Shown one piece after another: positions 1 through 6,031 of a stretch of 20,000 nt of DNA. Origin of the DNA: an uncultured virus (IMG/VR IMGVR_UViG_3300031595_000004) (Duplodnaviria; Heunggongvirae; Uroviricota; Caudoviricetes). How positions within the stretch are numbered: the first letter of the stretch is position 1; each line of letters starts with the position of its first letter. The stretch is taken from the IMG/VR virus record IMGVR_UViG_3300031595_000004; one strand, 5' to 3'. A program made the position numbers and the translations under genes. The notes below the pieces were generated by a model. That model was not told the origin of the DNA. It made no database searches and saw only the letters and a list, made by a program, of their open reading frames with translations.

Positions 1-270
1 CTTGCCAGCTCCAGGAGGACCCGCTACAAGGCTCACGCTCGTTCGCGCCAAGCCTCCGCCGAAGACGACGTCAAGCATTCCTGTCTTATAGCGTTCGATG
101 ACGGCAAGTTTGGCGTCAGAGAGGATGACCGTCTCTTCGTCGTCGGACGTGGAGTTCTTATCAGGGAGGTGCCAATTCTTGCACTTCGGACAACGCATCT
201 TGTCCGAAGGGACTTGACCTTGACAGAGTTTGCAGGTGTAAGTGCCGATAGAGCCACTAGAGGAGGACAT
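1..270 (-). CDS. radA: RadA/Sms-like RecA-family ATPase, N-terminal part (runs off the window edge)
   Basis: Not in the ORF track. Manual translation from ATG 270: MSSSSGSIGTYTCKLCQGQVPSDKMRCPKCKNWH...YKTGMLDVVFGGGLARTSVSLVAGPPGAGK. This is a C4 zinc finger (CxxC..CPxCxxW), then TG-LD-V-GGG and Walker A, which is the RadA/Sms architecture. Confidence 0.8.
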   Translation of the reverse strand, partial: MSSSSGSIGTYTCKLCQGQVPSDKMRCPKCKNWHLPDKNSTSDDEETVILSDAKLAVIERYKTGMLDVVFGGGLARTSVSLVAGPPGAGK

Positions 271-276
271 GATTGC

Positions 277-582
277 TTACCATTCTAGATCTGGCAAATC
301 AATAATCTGCCCCACAAGATCGTGAGAGCAGTCTGGACAATAATGGATCTTACCCTCTGTCATTACAAGGTGACAGCGGCGCTGCTTTGGGTCCGGATGA
401 TTCTCGCACGTATTGAGAAGAGATGGCGTGAAGGACGGAGACTCGAGATTACCATTGAACTCCCAGGTTATTGGGCCAGTTGTGTAGAACACATGGCCAC
501 AGTCGCAACCTGGACAGTGAAATACCCAACCTTCTACGGAGCCACCGGATAGTGGTTTGAGTTTTTTTGTAAGAGAATTCAC
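277..582 (-). CDS. Cys/His-rich phage protein (DUF6527-like)
   Basis: CPGC..H, WEFNGNLESPSFTPSLL and RCH..TEGKIHYCPDCSHDLVGQIIDLPD match a widespread phage/bacterial family, recalled as DUF6527. GTG start overlaps the upstream stop. Confidence 0.7.
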   Translation of the reverse strand: MNSLTKKLKPLSGGSVEGWVFHCPGCDCGHVFYTTGPITWEFNGNLESPSFTPSLLNTCENHPDPKQRRCHLVMTEGKIHYCPDCSHDLVGQIIDLPDLEW

Positions 583-800
583 GAATTGTTATCCTGAGTT
601 TTGAATGCTGCACACCACGGACACGAAACCTCATCACATACGCCTCTTTGATGAGCAATCCCTAAAGACGTATTCGTAAATCGTCGTAAATCACCGATAA
701 CCCAATTGCAGTACCCACCATTTTGACATGACGGATCTGCAATATAGCTCGGGCGAATCCGACCGCATTTGTTACAAATCTCACTACTGTCATTGCTCAT
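579..800 (-). CDS. hypothetical Cys-rich protein
   Basis: 73 aa with CNKC and CPWC pairs; 4-nt start/stop overlaps with both neighbours. Confidence 0.65.
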   Translation of the reverse strand: MSNDSSEICNKCGRIRPSYIADPSCQNGGYCNWVIGDLRRFTNTSLGIAHQRGVCDEVSCPWCAAFKTQDNNS

Positions 801-1084
801 GTCGGAGTCCCCTTCCCATTCGAACCGTACTTGCCCGCTCCAAGGTTCGGCCTCTTCGGCAGTCTCTTTATGCTCTCTTGATGTTCAAGGCGCTCTTCTA
901 CTTGAGTTCGTCCACCAAACGTTCGATACGTAATTCTGGTGGCCTTGTCCGTAACCTCCCAGACTCCTTCTTCTTTAGAGACGGCTGAATGAAACGCTGT
1001 CTCTATCGCTTCGGAATTGTGAGTTGTCCGTCCTTGTTTTCTACCAGCCTCCCGGAGCGAGTGAGCTCTGAGAGAGGCGCCCAC
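797..1084 (-). CDS. hypothetical protein (start uncertain)
   Basis: Fills the gap in the leftward operon and its stop overlaps the next ATG. The first ~80 nt overlap the upstream gene, so the true start is probably nearer 1000. Confidence 0.45.
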   Translation of the reverse strand: MGASLRAHSLREAGRKQGRTTHNSEAIETAFHSAVSKEEGVWEVTDKATRITYRTFGGRTQVEERLEHQESIKRLPKRPNLGAGKYGSNGKGTPT

Positions 1085-1527
1085 GTCCGAGCTTTCTCCT
1101 TCGAGTTGGCGTGAGGATACATCCTTATTATCTGTCCTCTTAGTTGTGGGCCTTTCATTCGGATGATTTCTATAATCTGACTTTTCTTGTCCAGAGTTGG
1201 ATCTGGCATCCAGTTCTCTGGAATTGGCGGTAACGCTCCGCTGTGATCCAGATAATCCAATACGGCGCGCGCCTCCATCGCTAGGATTGTTTCTTCTTCG
1301 TCGTCTAAAGGGGCAGATGCCTCTCCCCCGTTCTCTCCTTCGTTCACCTTCTGTCTAGGCTTATACTTCTTAACTCCACCGAGCTTTGCGAGTAATTCGT
1401 CGAGCTCTATGATTCGAGCCATGTACATAGATCGCTCTGCAATAATCTTCGCTTTGAATTCTTCTTGCTTCTCGATGAGAACGCGCGCTTCTTCTTCGAA
1501 TGAGTTTGGTTTTGAATCAGAGTTCAT
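1003..1527 (-). CDS. coiled-coil protein with C-terminal winged-HTH-like domain
   Basis: N-terminal heptad-like helix; C-terminal KKSQIIEIIRMKGP...LSELTRSGRLVENKDGQLTI resembles a wHTH. The start codon lies inside a 13-bp motif copy. Confidence 0.7.
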   Translation of the reverse strand: MNSDSKPNSFEEEARVLIEKQEEFKAKIIAERSMYMARIIELDELLAKLGGVKKYKPRQKVNEGENGGEASAPLDDEEETILAMEARAVLDYLDHSGALPPIPENWMPDPTLDKKSQIIEIIRMKGPQLRGQIIRMYPHANSKEKARTWAPLSELTRSGRLVENKDGQLTIPKR

Positions 1528-1530
1528 GAA

Positions 1531-1743
1531 TTATTCCTCTTTCTCTCTCCCATCTACTGTCGTCCACCCTTCAGACTCTTTGACTTCCGTTTGCACATAA
1601 AACGGAGCCGTCTGTTTCCCATCATCCGGGATGTTGGCATTCACGCAAATGCGGATAGGGCCAATCTTGAATACGATAACGAGCATCTCTCGGTCTTTGG
1701 AATTGACCTTGATTTTTGAGTATCCCCGAAGTTGAATTATCAT
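1531..1743 (-). CDS. hypothetical protein
   Basis: ATG at 1743 (MIIQLRG...), first gene after the leftward promoter; its stop is the TAA of the 13-bp motif. Confidence 0.65.
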   Translation of the reverse strand: MIIQLRGYSKIKVNSKDREMLVIVFKIGPIRICVNANIPDDGKQTAPFYVQTEVKESEGWTTVDGREKEE

Positions 1744-1754
1744 TGAATTACCTA

Positions 1755-1783
1755 TTGACAATCGCCGGGGATTGTAGTAGTTT
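1755..1783 (+). promoter_or_regulatory. sigma70-type promoter, rightward
   Basis: TTGACA (1755-1760), 17-nt spacer, TAGTTT (1778-1783), upstream of ORF 1847. Confidence 0.7.
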
Positions 1784-1806
1784 GCGGGACTCGTCGATTG
1801 GATAGG

Positions 1807-1836
1807 AAACTACCACAATTCACGGGCAAATGTCAA
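1807..1836 (-). promoter_or_regulatory. sigma70-type promoter, leftward
   Basis: Minus strand TTGACA (1836-1831), 18-nt spacer ending in TGG (extended -10), TAGTTT (1812-1807). Confidence 0.65.
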
Positions 1837-1846
1837 TGAGGGTTTC

Positions 1847-2299
1847 ATGATCGTTCTCGCCCCTAATCACATTTTCAACTGTCATGGGTGCGAACTCTTT
1901 CTTCGCAACGTGACCAAAGCCAACGTCGAATTTCGCGACGGCAAATGTCCTCAGTGTCACGCTCAGATTCGAGACACGGACATTCGATCAGCGGATACAG
2001 CCGCTTCGATCGATACGCTCAAACTCTTCCCTCCACACGGAATGAGTTTCAAGAACGAACTCGGAAGCGAAGTAACGATCAAGTATCCGCGTGGACGAGA
2101 GCTCGAACTCTTTACGGAGCTCCAACGTCAACTCCAGAATTGGATTGGTCCCATCGCGGCCAAGCAGCAAAGCGGCTCTACCGGATTCGTGGGAAACGTA
2201 ACGCGCGCGGCGCGCACGATGCCCAAGATTACGGTCGACGAAACCGGAGGCATCGTCATCGAGGAATCGGACGGTCCTCCTGAAGCCGCCAACACATAA
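1847..2299 (+). CDS. hypothetical zinc-ribbon protein
   Basis: RBS GAGGG; CHGC and CPQC pairs at the N-terminus; 150 aa. Confidence 0.75.
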   Translation: MIVLAPNHIFNCHGCELFLRNVTKANVEFRDGKCPQCHAQIRDTDIRSADTAASIDTLKLFPPHGMSFKNELGSEVTIKYPRGRELELFTELQRQLQNWIGPIAAKQQSGSTGFVGNVTRAARTMPKITVDETGGIVIEESDGPPEAANT

Positions 2300-2417
2300 G
2301 ACTAATTCACGAACTTTTTACCGACTTATCCTTAGCGTAACGGGCAAGTCACGAGAACGTCGAATAATCGAACCTTCTCGATGATTCGCTCTTCGAATCC
2401 AACCAAAAGAGAAAACA

Positions 2418-3014
2418 ATGGCCACACCGAACACTGCCAAAAAGCACGACGACGACACAAAAGCACAACCGGCTCCCACCACCCATACGCCAGCGGCAGC
2501 GAGTACCAACGGAGGAGACCGATTCACCAAGATCGAAACCGAACGGTATATGTATAACCCCAACAAGGGTTGCGATACCGTCCTCGTCGGCTACCTACTC
2601 AATCTCCTCCCCATGCCTCCTATGATGATGGGCGGCGAAAACAAAGACTGGAATTGCTTTCTCTTCCGATTGACGGAACCCTGCAAGGTCATCAATCGTG
2701 AAGGAAACGTCATCACGGTTCCACCGGGAAGCGAAGTCCTCTCGCCCGCTACCCACCAGCTCACGCAATATATCGAGCGGGTATCGAGCCGGCCGGACCT
2801 CTGCTTCGAGATGCGGATTAGTCCCAAGAGCAAGCTCGAGATCGGAAAGGGCCAGACCATGTGGCTCTATGACCTCGGCATCAACATGGGCAGTCCCAAG
2901 CCGCGCAAAAGCTTCGGACCTGCGGCTATGCTCGGCGGACCACCTGCATTGACCGGCGGACAAGGGATCGCAGAGCAGGTAGGCGGACCGGGCGCCGACC
3001 AAATCCCGTTCTGA
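2418..3014 (+). CDS. putative single-stranded DNA-binding protein
   Basis: Apparently beta-rich core, Gly/Pro linker, and C-terminal ADQIPF resembling the SSB tip DDDIPF; located in a replication region. Confidence 0.6.
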   Translation: MATPNTAKKHDDDTKAQPAPTTHTPAAASTNGGDRFTKIETERYMYNPNKGCDTVLVGYLLNLLPMPPMMMGGENKDWNCFLFRLTEPCKVINREGNVITVPPGSEVLSPATHQLTQYIERVSSRPDLCFEMRISPKSKLEIGKGQTMWLYDLGINMGSPKPRKSFGPAAMLGGPPALTGGQGIAEQVGGPGADQIPF

Positions 3015-3042
3015 GAGCGAGAGAGAGAAGCGCGTAAGAAAG

Positions 3043-3084
3043 TCCGGGCCACTCGCCACTTTGGTGGATGGCCCGGGATGTTTT
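3043..3084 (+). terminator. probable intrinsic terminator
   Basis: CCGGGCCA (3044-3051) pairs with TGGCCCGG (3069-3076), followed by GATGTTTT, just after the SSB-like gene. Confidence 0.55.
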
Positions 3085-3099
3085 ATAGGGAAAAGGAAA

Positions 3100-3540
3100 A
3101 TGATCAATCCGAAGAAGAAGAGTGACACGGCGGTTGGATTCGACGTAGAGCTCGGGGGACTCTCGCGCCTACGTGTCGCGCTCAAGACCGACCGAAAGTT
3201 GGACAAAGCGCTTGTCGTCTTGGCCGTCCGACCCTTGGACGTACTCATCGAAGAGATTGGCGTACTTCATGCGGACATTGCTGGACCCGAAAAAGGTCTC
3301 TCGTCCTTGAAGAAGCGCGCCGGAGGACTTGTTCGAAAGAGAGACAATGGCTTCGAGTCCGATATCGGAATGCTCTCCAAACTTCGGACGACCGTACGCA
3401 TCGATACCTCTCTTCCAAGAGCCCATGCGGACAAAGCGGTTGCTTCTATCGATGAACTCACCGATGCGCTCTTGAATCTCCACGAGTCCGTGCTCGCTCG
3501 CAAGAGCGCAGTTGCGTCTATTCAGAGAAAGACTGGTTAG
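3100..3540 (+). CDS. hypothetical protein
   Basis: RBS AGGA, ATG 3100 (MINPKKK...), 146 aa. Confidence 0.7.
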   Translation: MINPKKKSDTAVGFDVELGGLSRLRVALKTDRKLDKALVVLAVRPLDVLIEEIGVLHADIAGPEKGLSSLKKRAGGLVRKRDNGFESDIGMLSKLRTTVRIDTSLPRAHADKAVASIDELTDALLNLHESVLARKSAVASIQRKTG

Positions 3541-3556
3541 GAGGACACAAACACCC

Positions 3557-3601
3557 AAAAAGGAAACGCCCCACCCCCAGGCTCAATCCGAGGGGTGGGG
3601 C
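3557..3601 (-). terminator. intrinsic terminator (leftward, possibly bidirectional)
   Basis: 10-bp perfect stem GCCCCACCCC (3568-3577) / GGGGTGGGGC (3592-3601); the minus strand continues GTTTCCTTTTT. Confidence 0.7.
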
Positions 3602-3637
3602 TGCCAATGGGTTGTCGACGACGAAACCGATTACCCG
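3557..3637 (-). ncRNA. candidate ~80-nt small RNA
   Basis: Bounded by the leftward promoter 3644-3672 and the terminator 3557-3601, with no convincing ORF between. Confidence 0.45.
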
Positions 3638-3643
3638 ACTCCC

Positions 3644-3672
3644 AACATAAGATAGTCTAAAGAGACTGTCAA
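3644..3672 (-). promoter_or_regulatory. sigma70-type promoter, leftward
   Basis: Minus strand TTGACA (3672-3667), 17-nt spacer, TATGTT (3649-3644). Confidence 0.65.
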
Positions 3673-3714
3673 GAGGGAGTTCGGCCACGAGCGAGGGATT
3701 CGCGACATGGCAAA

Positions 3715-4407
3715 TTGAAGAAGGAAAGTCCGTGGGCGAAGGGAGCCCGGACCAGGAAACGCAATGCTCGCGCTCGTGAGCGCGCCGCACGCGAGAGATC
3801 CGCCCGCGCCAAGCATGCTGCGCTCGTTCGTTGGTATGGAGAGAAAGGCAAGAAGGGACTCGAAAAGAAGAAGGGACTCGAAAAGAAGAAGGGAGTCGAA
3901 AAGAAGAAGGGAGTCGAAAAGAAGAAGGGACTCGAAAAGAAGAAGGGACTCGAAAAGAAGAAGGGAGTCGGGAAGAAGAAGGTAGTCGGGAAGAAAAAGC
4001 CTGGACCCAAACCGAAATCGAAAAAGGAAGCGGCAATCCAGGCAGAGAATATGAAGCTCAAAAGAGATAATCGGAAACTACTTAAGATAATAGCTGACCA
4101 AAACGTACGAGAGCAGATTACGGAAGCCAATCTCGGAAAAGGAATCATGAAAGAGAGAGGGAAAGGGAAGAATCGAATTTTCGATACGTTGGCAAGGCAC
4201 GGAGCCAAAGAGCATTTGCCTCCAAGGATGCGTCACGAGAGTGACGAAGATTACGCGAAACGCATCATCAAACAACTCATGGGGAAGAAAAACTATACGG
4301 TAGAAGCGGGAAATCTGGCTATGGAGTTTTATCAAGCCATTTCGAACGCTACAGGGGTACAACCTAGAAGGGTGTATACGCTCTTTATGAGTCCAGAAGT
4401 TGCGTAG
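3715..4407 (+). CDS. highly basic protein with KKKG(L/V)E repeats
   Basis: 230 aa, Arg/Lys-rich N-half with tandem hexapeptides and a non-repetitive C-terminal domain; TTG start uncertain. Confidence 0.7.
   Translation: MKKESPWAKGARTRKRNARARERAARERSARAKHAALVRWYGEKGKKGLEKKKGLEKKKGVEKKKGVEKKKGLEKKKGLEKKKGVGKKKVVGKKKPGPKPKSKKEAAIQAENMKLKRDNRKLLKIIADQNVREQITEANLGKGIMKERGKGKNRIFDTLARHGAKEHLPPRMRHESDEDYAKRIIKQLMGKKNYTVEAGNLAMEFYQAISNATGVQPRRVYTLFMSPEVA
3847..3990 (+). repeat. 18-bp coding tandem repeat, 8 units
   Basis: Unit AAGAAGAAGGGA(C/G)TCGAA; first and last units degenerate. Confidence 0.95.
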
Positions 4408-4440
4408 AATTCATGCACTAAAGAGGACGGTCAATTCATC

Positions 4441-4668
4441 ATGGGCACCAAGAATGATCCAAGTCAATTCGACTGCTACGCCAACGCAAAACCCGATGAG
4501 CCGATGTTCATTTTGCTTGGCCGCGACCCTGGAGCCGGTTCACTTGTAAGACAGTGGGCAAGCGACCGTGAAGCTCGCGGGGAAGATCCAGCTATCGTAG
4601 CGGAAGCGCGCGCGGTTGCGGATGCGATGGATGATTGGACTCGCGGTCTCGGTAAGAGGCCAAGATGA
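4441..4668 (+). CDS. conserved phage hypothetical protein
   Basis: RBS GAGGA; DCYANAKPDEPMFILLGRD is a motif I recall from phage small proteins. Confidence 0.8.
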   Translation: MGTKNDPSQFDCYANAKPDEPMFILLGRDPGAGSLVRQWASDREARGEDPAIVAEARAVADAMDDWTRGLGKRPR

Positions 4669-5021
4669 GCACGGTGCGACCGTGGAGACTCGTCATTATC
4701 GAGTCGCCATACGCAGGCAATCGAGAACTCAATATCGCCTACGCGCGCGCGGCCATGCTCGATTGTCTCAAGCGCGGAGAGGCGCCCATGGTGCCCCATC
4801 TTCTCTATACGCAAGTCTTGGATGACAATGTCATTGCCGAACGGGCACTTGGTATCGAGGCGGGTACGAGTTGGTATTACGCCGCCCAAGCGTGCATTGT
4901 CTACGAAGACTTCGGCATTTCAAAAGGAATGTCTCTCGGCATTATCGCAGCCAAAAAGCACGTTGTACCGATTGAATACCGAAAACTCAATGACCCAATG
5001 TGGAAACCGAAAGTGAAGTAA
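4665..5021 (+). CDS. DUF4406-like / nucleoside deoxyribosyltransferase-fold protein
   Basis: VIIESPYAG..NIAYAR...GEAP..PHLLYTQVLDD...ER..G...GISKGM pattern; ATGA overlap. Confidence 0.75.
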   Translation: MSTVRPWRLVIIESPYAGNRELNIAYARAAMLDCLKRGEAPMVPHLLYTQVLDDNVIAERALGIEAGTSWYYAAQACIVYEDFGISKGMSLGIIAAKKHVVPIEYRKLNDPMWKPKVK

Positions 5022-5025
5022 ACTC

Positions 5026-5241
5026 ATGGCCGCTATCGATTGGCAGAAGAGACCTGCAATACCGACAAAGCCGTACTGTGGCAAGTGTAAGGGGAGCGGC
5101 ATCTATCGAGAGAGGTCAAGGAGGGGCGCTTATCACAAATGCAGTTGCGGACGGCTCCCAAACGCGACCGCCGCACTCAAGCTCACCAAACAGGATGTTC
5201 TCCTAAAACGTCTCTCCGAACTCAAAACGAAAGGCTGGTAA
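5026..5241 (+). CDS. small zinc-finger protein
   Basis: CGKCKGSG...CSC (CxxCxGxG type). Confidence 0.7.
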   Translation: MAAIDWQKRPAIPTKPYCGKCKGSGIYRERSRRGAYHKCSCGRLPNATAALKLTKQDVLLKRLSELKTKGW

Positions 5242-5468
5242 TGCCCATGGCCGGCTCCGACGATTTACAACTTGCTGCCGACGTCAAGCGAGAGATGCTC
5301 ACCAAACTCAAAGTGATTCAGGAACGGCTAAAAGGAGGATTTCCAACTTCGAGGGAACTACACGACCTCGCCGCCAACCGTTGGAAGGGCGGGGAAGGTA
5401 AAGAGATCATCCGGATGTCGCTTGTCGAACTCACCGAACTCATTGACATTCTCATCCGGAAAGCGTGA
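5241..5468 (+). CDS. hypothetical protein
   Basis: TAATG coupling to the upstream gene at 5241; 75 aa. Confidence 0.65.
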   Translation: MPMAGSDDLQLAADVKREMLTKLKVIQERLKGGFPTSRELHDLAANRWKGGEGKEIIRMSLVELTELIDILIRKA

Positions 5469-5477
5469 GAGAGTCCC

Positions 5478-5771
5478 ATGTCAAAAGTTCATGAACTGCG
5501 CCCTCCTCACTACGTAACGAAAAAAGACGGAACGCTACTACTCGACAAGGAAACAGGTGCGCCTGTCTGGTGCGGGAGTGCGGCAAGCCGTATCGAGCAA
5601 TATAAGAGTCAAGCGGCTCCCGAGCTTACGAAAGAACTCGAGAGAGTCAAAGCGAGACTCGCATACTTCGAAAACAAATACGGTTTTATGGAAACACAAG
5701 AGTGGCAAGAAGCTATCAAGAAAGACAATGAACTCTATACAAATAGAGTCAGCGGAAAGGCTGTCCCATGA
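5478..5771 (+). CDS. hypothetical protein
   Basis: 97 aa, in operon; ATGA overlap downstream. Confidence 0.7.
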   Translation: MSKVHELRPPHYVTKKDGTLLLDKETGAPVWCGSAASRIEQYKSQAAPELTKELERVKARLAYFENKYGFMETQEWQEAIKKDNELYTNRVSGKAVP

Positions 5772-6031
5772 TCCATGAAAGTCCAGAAAACTGGCCGAAT
5801 CACCAAGCGCCGCTCAATGACGATGAGGCGCTCACGGTCGCCAAACTCATCTTGAACGGTAAACACAAGAGCTACATCGAAGGAGCCAAACGACTCGCGC
5901 AGTACGTCATCGCGCTTCACCAGCAGGCAGAAGACATCGAAAAGCTTCTGGACGATGCAGTCCACGATACGATTCCTGAGATATTTGCAGCCGAGGCGCC
6001 GCTCGCTATAGCCGAATCTGCCGAGCCGTGA
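5768..6031 (+). CDS. hypothetical protein
   Basis: 87 aa, coupled on both sides by ATGA/GTGA overlaps. Confidence 0.7.
   Translation: MIHESPENWPNHQAPLNDDEALTVAKLILNGKHKSYIEGAKRLAQYVIALHQQAEDIEKLLDDAVHDTIPEIFAAEAPLAIAESAEP

Noticed and set aside
33..257. ORF-track 74-aa minus ORF
   Set aside because: Alternative frame of the RadA-like gene (1-270), which has clear motifs.
3518..4208. Minus-strand repeat ORFs (SSFRLP and FFFSSP repeats)
   Set aside because: Antisense shadows of the 18-bp coding repeat.
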